Shown piece by piece: positions 49,101-57,198 of a DNA stretch of 63,355 bases (positions are counted from its first letter, which is position 1; the number at the start of each line of letters is the position of its first letter). The notes under the pieces were generated by a model. That model had not been told where the DNA came from and did no database searches. It was given only the letters and a program-made list of their open reading frames with translations. Where the stretch lies: the NCBI GenBank assembly GCA_001587575.1, contig LNJC01000004.1, positions 1 through 63,355 of the forward strand, read 5' to 3'. The stretch comes from Candidatus Methanofastidiosum methylothiophilum. GTDB taxonomy: Archaea > Methanobacteriota_B > Thermococci > Methanofastidiosales > Methanofastidiosaceae. A program made the translations under genes and the position numbers.

Positions 49101-49252
49101 TTCTCAAATATTATTGACAAATATTTAGATATAATGGAGAAATTTTCAATTTTTAGTAATTAAATACCTCTATGTCCAAAATACTATTATCGTTAATATG
49201 TATACTATAATTTCAATATTTCAAAAATAAATGCTAATAATGATTACTATAT

Positions 49253-51586
49253 TTAACTAGGGGGATAAAAAAGTTTTGAAATATTCATAAGCAAAAATAT
49301 CGTCCCACTCTTATCCATCGGCTTGTTGTCATTGCCACATTTAGGAGAGTATATGCACGCTGGGCATCCTTCCTTACAGCTGCATTCTTTTACTAGCTCT
49401 AAAGTTGTTTTAGTTATCTCGCCGAACAATTCGTAAGCCTTCTCAGAAAGTCCTATGCCGCCATCAAAACCGTCATAGATGAATACTGTAGACTTTCCTG
49501 TTGATGGGTGAAAGTTTGTTGATAATCCCCCAATATCCCAACGATCGCACATCACGTGAAAAGGCATGATGCCAATCATGCCATGCTCAATCCCGTGGAG
49601 CGCACCGCTAAAGACTTCCCTCCTTATGTCAACATTCTTTCTTTTAATTAACATTTCAAGTATATCCCTATCCCTAGATCTCTTTTCCCATAGCTCATCC
49701 TCTATCGAATTTGGAAATGTGAACCAAAATCCAACTGTATTAAATTCTAGAGGCGGCAAATAGATATTTTTGTATCCTATTGCGCTATCCCCCCGCATGA
49801 TCTTATACGCATTATAATTTTCAGTCACTCTAAGGTGTCCAAGAAATAGCTCAATATTTCCTATTGATTTTTTTTGAATTACATCGATAATTGAAACAAA
49901 GCTTTCTTTTAGGACTTGGGTATAAAAATCGACATCAGTTTTATTTACCTTTATTATGCCTTTATTTAGATCCATTTCATCTACAATGTAAGTTTCACCC
50001 TGATGGAGCAATACTACACCTTCATGTGCCTCTCTGTAAGCTTGCCTTCTATCCATTGTTTCAAGCGTTCTGCCTTGATACATGACTTTGAATATATCAC
50101 TAGATATGCTGTCAAGGCTAACTACCATCGAGGCGCTCTTTGTACCTGAATATATCCAGCCATTAGGCGTTTCCTTGACAAGCGATTCGTTCTTTAGCTC
50201 ATTTAGTATATCTGGCAAATGTTCACCTAAATATTTCTTATCCCTCTCTAAAACTATAGGCAGCTCAGACGATGCACACATCGTGTGACCAAAGAGAATG
50301 TAGGGATTTTTCAAATCAACTATCGCGTGCTCGTGCGGTTTCCCAAAAAATACTTGAGGGTGCCTCATAAAGTACTGGTCGAGCTGATTTTGAAATGCGA
50401 CAAGCGTTGCAACTGAGTCGTTAGCTCCCCTACCGGCCCTGCCTGCCTGCTGCCACGTCGATATCACCGTCCCAGGGTATCCAGAGATAATGACGCTGTC
50501 AAGCCCACCTATGTCAATTCCAAGCTCTAGCGCATTTGTCGAAGTCACCCCTTTAATAACTCCATTTTTAAGGCCGTTCTCAATCTTCCTCCGCTCCTCT
50601 GGAAGATATCCTGCCCTGTAAGCCATTATCTTTTCCTTTAGTGATTCTTCCGAAGGCTCTAACGATTCTTTTGACCATCGTGCAATTAACTCTGACATCT
50701 TTCTTGATACTGTAAAGCAGAGCGTCTGCAAACCTTCCCTTATGAAAAAGAGGAAAAGCCTTTTTGATTCTTGGTGAGTTGAGAGGTAGTCCCCATTTTT
50801 GTAGGGATTATAAAAAATGAAATATTTTTTACCTTTGGGCGAGCCGTCTTCTGAAATTAGCCGGTATTTTAATCCAGTAAGCTTTTCTGCAAATTCTATT
50901 GGGTTTGCTAAAGTAGCAGTAGAAATAATAAACTGCGGCTTTGACCCGTAATATTCGCAGACCCTCTCAAGCCGCCTTATCAAAAGTGAGACGTTTGATC
51001 CAAAAACGCCACGGTATATGTGTGCCTCATCAAGCACTATAAATTTAAGATTTGAAAAGAAGTGCTGCCATTTATAGTTCCACGGGAGGATGTGGTGCAT
51101 CTCGTAGGGATTAGAAACGATTATCCTAGATTCGTTTCTTATTTTTGGCCTTATTGCTGAAGGCGTGTCCCCGTCATAAACATTGGGATTTACCCTAATC
51201 TCAGTATCCAACTCAAGAGCCTTTAAGACTTTCAACTGGTCGTTTGAGAGCGCCTTTGCAGGGTAGAGGTAAAGGGCTGTTGCATGCCTATCTTTTTCGA
51301 GGGCTTCAAAGATAGGGATGTTGAAGGCGAGGGTCTTACCAGATGCTGTCGGAGTTGTTATAACAATATTATTTCCATTTCGTATCTCTTCGAGGCTATC
51401 GCACTGGTGCTTGTATAATCTAATGTTGTGCCTCTCCAAGTAGTCACTGATGCTATCTGGCAGTTCTTCTTTAACCTCGCCATAAAGTGATTTTCTTTCT
51501 GGTATGAGCTCTACATGGGCGATATTTCTGTCAAAAGAAGGGTCGTTTCTTAATTTAATGAGTATATTCTCAATCACTTTTCCCAT
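49253..51586 (-). CDS. DEAD/DEAH-box SF2 helicase with C-terminal DUF1998 (MZB) zinc module, MrfA/YprA-like
   Basis: Motifs TPTASGKT, VLDEAH, TATL, QQAGRAGR. C-terminal CSCKEGCPACIYSPKCGNDNKPMDK four-Cys module. 777 aa. Confidence 0.85.
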   Translation of the reverse strand: MGKVIENILIKLRNDPSFDRNIAHVELIPERKSLYGEVKEELPDSISDYLERHNIRLYKHQCDSLEEIRNGNNIVITTPTASGKTLAFNIPIFEALEKDRHATALYLYPAKALSNDQLKVLKALELDTEIRVNPNVYDGDTPSAIRPKIRNESRIIVSNPYEMHHILPWNYKWQHFFSNLKFIVLDEAHIYRGVFGSNVSLLIRRLERVCEYYGSKPQFIISTATLANPIEFAEKLTGLKYRLISEDGSPKGKKYFIFYNPYKNGDYLSTHQESKRLFLFFIREGLQTLCFTVSRKMSELIARWSKESLEPSEESLKEKIMAYRAGYLPEERRKIENGLKNGVIKGVTSTNALELGIDIGGLDSVIISGYPGTVISTWQQAGRAGRGANDSVATLVAFQNQLDQYFMRHPQVFFGKPHEHAIVDLKNPYILFGHTMCASSELPIVLERDKKYLGEHLPDILNELKNESLVKETPNGWIYSGTKSASMVVSLDSISSDIFKVMYQGRTLETMDRRQAYREAHEGVVLLHQGETYIVDEMDLNKGIIKVNKTDVDFYTQVLKESFVSIIDVIQKKSIGNIELFLGHLRVTENYNAYKIMRGDSAIGYKNIYLPPLEFNTVGFWFTFPNSIEDELWEKRSRDRDILEMLIKRKNVDIRREVFSGALHGIEHGMIGIMPFHVMCDRWDIGGLSTNFHPSTGKSTVFIYDGFDGGIGLSEKAYELFGEITKTTLELVKECSCKEGCPACIYSPKCGNDNKPMDKSGTIFLLMNISKLFYPPS

Positions 51587-52695
51587 TCCTCGTAAAGTCT
51601 TGAAAATATTTTTGTTAGCGTTATGAGATCCTGCCTATTGTGCTCAATTACAGGGATTATTGGCCCGATGTTCCCAGTTTTAAGGTAAGTCTCGTAGAAC
51701 TCCGGGACTAGCGCACTTGGAACATCATCGTTTCTTTCTATCCCGAAAAGATGTTTTTCTAGCGTTACAAGCCTGCAGTTTGGATACTTTTTTCTCCATG
51801 CCCTCCTTGAAAAGTGAAGCATGTCAAAGTGAGGTCTTTCTATTGAAGCCCCCATTCCATAATAAGAGAGCCTTTCTCTAATGTAAGGGATATCAAAGGA
51901 TTTGCCGTTATACGAAACTAAGACTGTTTTTGGCCCTATTAATGAAGTGAATTCGTTCAGCGCTGCTGGCTCCTGGGATAAATCCCTTAAAAAGTATTGA
52001 TTTATTGTGAGGGTCTCCCCATTAAATTTTGCAGCCCCGATTAATATTATTGGCCTATTAAATAAGCCTAGGGTTTCAATATCAAAGAATAGGAAATCCT
52101 CCTTCTCGTGAAAACCTGAGCAGCAGTACACAAGCTCATCTGATTGGGACAGCCAGTAGGAAATTCTATTCATGATATTTTTAGAGTCCATTGATTCAAT
52201 TAAATCAAGACAGCTTTTTGCTTCTTTTGAAAAATAAGGGTGATAGACTAGATCCCCAATTGTTTTGTATCCTCTGCTATTGAGGTACTTTTTTTTAGTG
52301 TCCCCGATCCCATAGAGTAATCTTAATTCTGATAAAATCTTTTCCTTTGCCTTTTCTCTTGGAAACTTCTTTAGGGTAGAGCCTATATCTTGATTGATGG
52401 TAAATACGCTGCCGTATCTGCCATCATATTCATGACCATCTATAACGCTAGAGAGCTCCGCGCCATAGTATTTATCCATCAAATTTTTCTTTAGAACTTG
52501 AGCCTTTTGATACTCGATGTAATTAAGGCCAAACGGCATGCCGTAAAAATAGTTACCGCTTGATTCTTCGTTTTCTTCTATTAGCTCGTACTCTTTGACT
52601 GTGTCAATTTTAGACCTGAAGTTCTTACCGATACCGCTAAAGGGAGATTTATTCTGGGGGCATGTATTGGTATCTGATTCTATCTCGGCGGGCAT
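51574..52695 (-). CDS. DnaQ/RNase H-fold 3'-5' exonuclease (MrfB/YprB-like) with N-terminal HhH-containing extension
   Basis: ExoI FFDIETLGL, ExoII YNGKSFDIPYI and ExoIII HNRQD in the C-terminal half. LLYGIGDTKKKYLNSRGYKTIGDL is HhH-like in the N-terminal half. 13-nt overlap with the helicase gene. Confidence 0.75.
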   Translation of the reverse strand: MPAEIESDTNTCPQNKSPFSGIGKNFRSKIDTVKEYELIEENEESSGNYFYGMPFGLNYIEYQKAQVLKKNLMDKYYGAELSSVIDGHEYDGRYGSVFTINQDIGSTLKKFPREKAKEKILSELRLLYGIGDTKKKYLNSRGYKTIGDLVYHPYFSKEAKSCLDLIESMDSKNIMNRISYWLSQSDELVYCCSGFHEKEDFLFFDIETLGLFNRPIILIGAAKFNGETLTINQYFLRDLSQEPAALNEFTSLIGPKTVLVSYNGKSFDIPYIRERLSYYGMGASIERPHFDMLHFSRRAWRKKYPNCRLVTLEKHLFGIERNDDVPSALVPEFYETYLKTGNIGPIIPVIEHNRQDLITLTKIFSRLYEEWEK

Positions 52696-52796
52696 ACTCT
52701 CACAAGTTAATCGAAAATTGACTAGTAATTTTTAGTTACCAATTTCTATTTAAGAGTTTTTATTATAAAATAGTAATTAAAAAGAAAAAAAATTAT

Positions 52797-54317
52797 TTAT
52801 ATTACAACTAGTTCCAGTTCAACTGTGTCAGTAGTCCCTTTCCAGCTATACACGACTGCTTTTATTTGATAGGTTCCTGCCGGTACATTTGGAGATACTG
52901 TTATAGTTACTGTATATGTGCCTAAGTTATGGGCTTTTATGGATTGGGAAGAGGGCTCTATCTTGTATGATACCTCTTCTGGCAATCCTTCAAATCTTAT
53001 CATGACGCCAGTCTGAGTTACAAATCCCCTGTTTTCCACTTGGGCGATTAGGCTTTGAGTTCCAGGTGCAATTTCTAAAGGCGCTATAACTTTCCCATCG
53101 AGGACTATATTAGTTCCAGAATCAATAAGAGAAACCATATTTTCATCGGCAACTTTCTTGATATCGGAATTCCCGATGATTCCTATGTTGCTGCCTAATG
53201 TAATTGGGCCCTCTAAAATAGTCAATCGCTTTAAATCCAATAGAGGGTATAGTAGTATTGGAATGACTTTCTCTTTCGGCTCAGGTACAATACCCGGTCC
53301 ACAATCACTTACTGTAACTGTGACCCTGGCACTCTCTGAAGTATATTGGTCTCTTGTTACGGTGTAATCAAAGTAATAAATTCCTGGTGCCCTTGGAGCA
53401 CAGTAGTAAATCTTGTCTCCAGCTGGTGTTGCTGTTCCACCTGTTGGCGGATCGACTACATTGATTACAGGTGAAAGGCCGTAGTTAGAGTCGTTTGCAA
53501 GTACATATAGATTGGTGCAAAAATCGTTGCATACTGTAAATGAGTCTGGATTTGCAACTGGAGGTGTTTCTGGGCTACAGTAAGTGACAGTAACTGTGAC
53601 CTTTGCCTTGTTAGAGGTGTACCTGCCATCTCTAACTGTATAATTGAACTCATAGGTTCCTGGTGTTTCCGGTGCGCAGTAGTAAATCTTGTCTCTAGCT
53701 GGTGTTGCTGTTCCACCTGTTGGCTGGTCGACTACATTTATTACAGGTGAAGAGCCATAATTAGAGTCGTTTGCAAGGACATATAGGTTGGTGCAGGAGT
53801 TACTGCATACTGTAAATGAGTCTGGATTTGCAACTGGATTATTCGGGCAGTTAATAATTATTCGAACTTCGATAGTAATATTATCTGGACCACATCCACC
53901 CTGGCCAAGCTTATGGGCTGTAAAGGTAAAAGAATCTTTAAGCCCGCAATAGCTTGGATCTGTAGCGGTGTACTGGATAACTTGATTGTTAAAACGGTGT
54001 ACAGTGCCTGCATTTGTATTGCATGTTATCAATCCACACCCAAATGGTGCTCCAGTTGATATATTGGGATCGTCAATTGCATAGTTTGAACTACCTGTGC
54101 ATTCAGTTACGCCGTAGTCATCAAATCTATTTATCATGTCTGCATTAATGTTAATTAGGATAGGTGTGTTTAAATTTGCGACAATGAATCCATCAAAAAC
54201 TATTGGATTTGGGCAAGGAGGGCATCTTGGCCTATCACCTAATATAAATGCAAAATTAGAGATAGTGGCCGAAACTAGTAGTAATGCCACTGCTAATGAT
54301 ATTACTCTTTTTTCCAT
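52797..54317 (-). CDS. secreted Cys-rich repeat protein, paralog P2 (shares repeat type and C-terminal domain with P1/P3)
   Basis: Signal peptide with GGAGG RBS at 54323-54327. Two ~92-aa repeats PVANPDSFTVC..C TNLYVLANDSNYG.SPVINVVD.PTGGTATPA.DKIYYCAP... C-terminal LLYPLLD...VENRGFVTQ...GTY.IKAV.YS..G..D.VELELVVI. 506 aa. Confidence 0.85.
   Translation of the reverse strand: MEKRVISLAVALLLVSATISNFAFILGDRPRCPPCPNPIVFDGFIVANLNTPILININADMINRFDDYGVTECTGSSNYAIDDPNISTGAPFGCGLITCNTNAGTVHRFNNQVIQYTATDPSYCGLKDSFTFTAHKLGQGGCGPDNITIEVRIIINCPNNPVANPDSFTVCSNSCTNLYVLANDSNYGSSPVINVVDQPTGGTATPARDKIYYCAPETPGTYEFNYTVRDGRYTSNKAKVTVTVTYCSPETPPVANPDSFTVCNDFCTNLYVLANDSNYGLSPVINVVDPPTGGTATPAGDKIYYCAPRAPGIYYFDYTVTRDQYTSESARVTVTVSDCGPGIVPEPKEKVIPILLYPLLDLKRLTILEGPITLGSNIGIIGNSDIKKVADENMVSLIDSGTNIVLDGKVIAPLEIAPGTQSLIAQVENRGFVTQTGVMIRFEGLPEEVSYKIEPSSQSIKAHNLGTYTVTITVSPNVPAGTYQIKAVVYSWKGTTDTVELELVVI
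53286..53837 (-). repeat. two tandem 276-nt (92-codon) repeat units inside P2
   Basis: Units are 53562-53837 and 53286-53561. An identical 34-mer gcatactgtaaatgagtctggatttgcaactgga occurs at 53529-53562 and 53805-53838. High overall nucleotide identity by eye. Confidence 0.85.
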
Positions 54318-54379
54318 AATTCCTCCAATTTTTTAATATTGTTTAGAATTCAATGTCCTTATTTAATGGGGGCTAGAGG

Positions 54380-54397
54380 TATAAATAGTTTGCGGTT
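54380..54397 (-). promoter_or_regulatory. BRE/TATA-like promoter element of P2
   Basis: The minus strand reads AACCGCAAACTATTTATA, 65 nt upstream of the P2 ATG. 15 of 16 nt are identical to 57074-57089. Confidence 0.45.
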
Positions 54398-54508
54398 ATT
54401 TCAAATATTTTTGCGAGAGGAATAAAAAGGATTATAGATATTCCAATTATAGAATAAGAATGCTTCTTAAATAAAAGAAGAAAAGCTAGAATAAAAGAAA
54501 AAATAAAT

Positions 54509-55843
54509 TTAATCTACTATTAGATTAAATTCGACTCTGTCTGTGATCCCTCTTCTAGAATAGGAAACTGCTTTTATTGAATATGTTCCAGAAGATGTTG
54601 TTGGGGGAACAGTTAAAGTTAGGGAGTATGTGCCTGTGCTGTGAGCCTTAATCTTTTGAGTTGATGGCTCCAATGAGAAAGATACTCCTTGAGGAAGCCC
54701 CTCTAATCTTACTCCAGCATCTACCTGTGTTAAGAATCCTTTGTTCTTTACTTGGACAGTTAAGCTCTGTATTCCAGGTGCAACTTCTAGAGGCGATACA
54801 ACTTTTCCCCCAAGAATGACGTTATCACCTGATGCAGGTACTGTCATTTGGATGATGTCTATTCCAGGATAGAGTATTGAGGAAGGAATTAGCTTTCTTT
54901 GGTCCTCTACAATGCAATCATTAACAATTACTGTGACTGTAGCTGGGTTTGATGTTGCCTCACCATCTGTAAATGTATAATCAAAGAAGTATGTTCCTGT
55001 TGTTTTGGGTGCGCAGTATTTAATCTTGCCATTAGATAATTCTGCTGTACCGCCTGTTGGAGTACCAATAAAATTGATCTGTGGTGATGCCCCCTTGTTA
55101 AGATCATTACTAAGGACGTCTATTGTAACACATGACTCTTTGCAGACTTCTGCTGAGTCGGCATTTGCAATTGGTTGCCCACCGTTACCATTTGAACAAA
55201 TTATACCGATTACAACTTTAATAGTAATGGGATCTGGTATATCTCCTCCTGCCCCAACTTTGTCTGCAAGAAATGTCAGTGTGTCTGTTTGGCCACAATA
55301 TCCGCTGCATTCTGAAAGAGAATAGTCAATCTGATTTCCTCCACCTGCAAAGACTGCTGTGCCGGGATTTGGATTAACAAGAAACATGCTCCCCTTATAG
55401 TTTGATGTGGGGTAACAAGTTCTGGCTGCGTTGTTGACATTGATATAATCGTATGTAGTACCACCTACTATAATATCTCCGGTGGCGCAATTGTAATCCA
55501 CATAATAGGTACAATCTGGTATTGGAGGGTCGTTGCAAGTAATTGTCGCAGTAACTTGTACTGTCCTTATATTCTGACCCTGATTCACACTAAAGGTAAA
55601 AACATCAGTTCCATGACATCCTGAAGGCGTATACTTAACCATTCTATTGCCAATCTTATTTACTACTCCGTATGTTGTAGCTAATGGATCTGCATCATTA
55701 TAATGGTAATTAGCGGGTAAACCGACGATATTATCAAAGTCGATATTTTTATAGCTGCCATAATTAACTGTGAAGCTGTAATAATAATCTGCCGCAAAAA
55801 CAAAGCTCGAAAAAGCAGTTAAGAATAATCCTAATATTACCAT
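54509..55843 (-). CDS. secreted Cys-rich protein, paralog P3; 5' end probably disrupted by the IS
   Basis: 444 aa. One PIANADSAEVCKESCVTIDVLSNDLNKG...KYCAP repeat and the shared C-terminal domain. The N-terminus MVILGLFLTAFSSFVFA lacks a charged n-region and has no RBS. In-frame upstream codons up to TAA at 55871-55873 read SKFSKLISI. Confidence 0.75.
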   Translation of the reverse strand: MVILGLFLTAFSSFVFAADYYYSFTVNYGSYKNIDFDNIVGLPANYHYNDADPLATTYGVVNKIGNRMVKYTPSGCHGTDVFTFSVNQGQNIRTVQVTATITCNDPPIPDCTYYVDYNCATGDIIVGGTTYDYINVNNAARTCYPTSNYKGSMFLVNPNPGTAVFAGGGNQIDYSLSECSGYCGQTDTLTFLADKVGAGGDIPDPITIKVVIGIICSNGNGGQPIANADSAEVCKESCVTIDVLSNDLNKGASPQINFIGTPTGGTAELSNGKIKYCAPKTTGTYFFDYTFTDGEATSNPATVTVIVNDCIVEDQRKLIPSSILYPGIDIIQMTVPASGDNVILGGKVVSPLEVAPGIQSLTVQVKNKGFLTQVDAGVRLEGLPQGVSFSLEPSTQKIKAHSTGTYSLTLTVPPTTSSGTYSIKAVSYSRRGITDRVEFNLIVD

Positions 55844-55870
55844 TATTGAAATTAATTTAGAGAATTTTGA

Positions 55871-56993
55871 TTAACTTCGGTTCTATTTCCGCTATTGGTT
55901 AAATTTATATACCAATAGCGGGTTTTAGTATCCATGGACAGCTTGATTGATTTTGCCTTGAAAAGAGAGTATGAGCGTCTTCAAAAGTTGGGCGATAGAT
56001 TAAACGATGTAAACAAACTTATTGATTGGAATCTATTCAAACCTATTGTTTCTGAGTTATTTGACAATAAGAGTGAAAAGGGCGGAAGGCCAAACATCGA
56101 TGAGATTGTGATGGTAAAGATGCTTCTGCTTCAGGCCTGGTATGGGTTATCAGACCAGGAGCTTGAGAGGCAAGTGGCCGATAGAATATCATTCAGAAAG
56201 TTCTTGGGATTTCCAAGCGATGTCCCAGACTACACAACAGTCTGGTACTTCAGGGAGCGCCTTGCAAAGATGGGCAAGGACAAAGATATCTGGTCTGAGC
56301 TTCAGAGGCAGCTTGAATCAAAAGGACTATCTATCAAAAAAGGCGTCATCCAAGATGCAACTTTTATCAGCTCTGATCCCGGGCAGAATGCAAGTAAGCC
56401 CAGAGGAGAGGGCGCCAAGACCAGAAGAAGCAAGGATGGGAACTGGGCAAAGAGAAACAGAAAGAATGAATTTGGCTTCAAACTTCATTCTCTGATGGAC
56501 CTTGAAGATGGCCTCATAAGGAGATTTGAGGTAACTAGTGCAAATGTCCATGACAACAATATCGATCTGTCTCAAAAAGGTGAAGTAGTTTACCGGGACA
56601 AAGGCTATTTTGGTACAACGCCTAAAGGATACGATGGCACAATGAAGCGGGCTGTCAGAGGCAGGAAGCTTTCCAGAGCAGAAAACCATCGAAACAAGCG
56701 CATAATGAGGAAGCGTAAGAAAGTGGAGAGGCACTATGCTGTCATCAAACGAGTTTTCAAATCCGGCCACATGCTTGTCACAACTCTTCCAAGAGTCCAA
56801 GTAAAGATGATGTTTGTATGTTTTTCTTTTAATCTATATCAGCTTCAAACTCTTTCTAAAACGATGGCCTAGCGTTAGCCATCAAGGAATTTTGGGAAGT
56901 GGCCGAAAATTTGAGGTAAAACAAGAGATTTAGAACGAGTGTTGTAAGCAGAGTTTAAAATAAAATTAGAAATGAAAAAAAAAGAGAGGTTAA
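55871..56993 (+). mobile_element. IS5-family insertion sequence (ends approximate)
   Basis: Carries a single DDE transposase gene. TTAA occurs at 55871-55874 and 56990-56993. Only weak terminal inverted repeats were found (GATTAAC at 55869-55875 vs GTTAATC at 56989-56995; TTCGGTTCTA at 55876-55885 vs TAGAACGAGT at 56931-56940). G+C looks higher than the surroundings. Confidence 0.55.
55934..56872 (+). CDS. IS5-family DDE transposase
   Basis: N-terminal InsH-type domain (GGRPNIDEIVMVKMLLLQAWYGLSDQELE...RISFRKFLGF..PDYTTVWYFRERL). DDE residues in the contexts VIQDATF, VYRDKGY, KVERHYAVIK. 312 aa. Confidence 0.9.
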   Translation: MDSLIDFALKREYERLQKLGDRLNDVNKLIDWNLFKPIVSELFDNKSEKGGRPNIDEIVMVKMLLLQAWYGLSDQELERQVADRISFRKFLGFPSDVPDYTTVWYFRERLAKMGKDKDIWSELQRQLESKGLSIKKGVIQDATFISSDPGQNASKPRGEGAKTRRSKDGNWAKRNRKNEFGFKLHSLMDLEDGLIRRFEVTSANVHDNNIDLSQKGEVVYRDKGYFGTTPKGYDGTMKRAVRGRKLSRAENHRNKRIMRKRKKVERHYAVIKRVFKSGHMLVTTLPRVQVKMMFVCFSFNLYQLQTLSKTMA

Positions 56994-57071
56994 TCGTAAT
57001 CCTCTTTACTCTTCATAATAATTAGCCCCCACTACTATTGATTATCAATATTAACAAATACTATTTTAAAG

Positions 57072-57089
57072 TTTAAATGGTTTGCGGTT
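57072..57089 (-). promoter_or_regulatory. orphan copy of the P-family BRE/TATA element, displaced from P3 by the IS
   Basis: The minus strand reads AACCGCAAACCATTTAAA, 58 nt upstream of an ATG (57016-57014). That ATG is preceded by a GGGGG SD-like run and followed by only 8 codons (MKSKEDYD) before TAA. Confidence 0.4.
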
Positions 57090-57198
57090 GCCGCAACGAG
57101 TATCGTCAAATGACTTCAGACTAAAAATCAGGTTCAAATCTAACCCGCAATAGATATAAAGCGTTTCGCCACTTTTCGTATCAAAGCACAGAAAAGAA

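Noticed and set aside
55889-55921. Perfect 10-bp stem hairpin CCGCTATTGG-N13-CCAATAGCGG just upstream of the transposase ATG, considered as an independent regulatory RNA or terminator.
   Set aside because: It is probably part of the IS left end, for example occluding read-through translation or transcription into the transposase gene. It is not separable from the IS on present evidence, so it is mentioned here only.
57131-57140. GGTTCAAATC (T-loop-like) in the 326-nt spacer after the IS, considered as a tRNA fragment or att-site remnant.
   Set aside because: The flanking bases cannot form a T stem or an acceptor stem on either strand. It also does not match the 3' half of the nearby tRNA-Val beyond the generic T-loop consensus.
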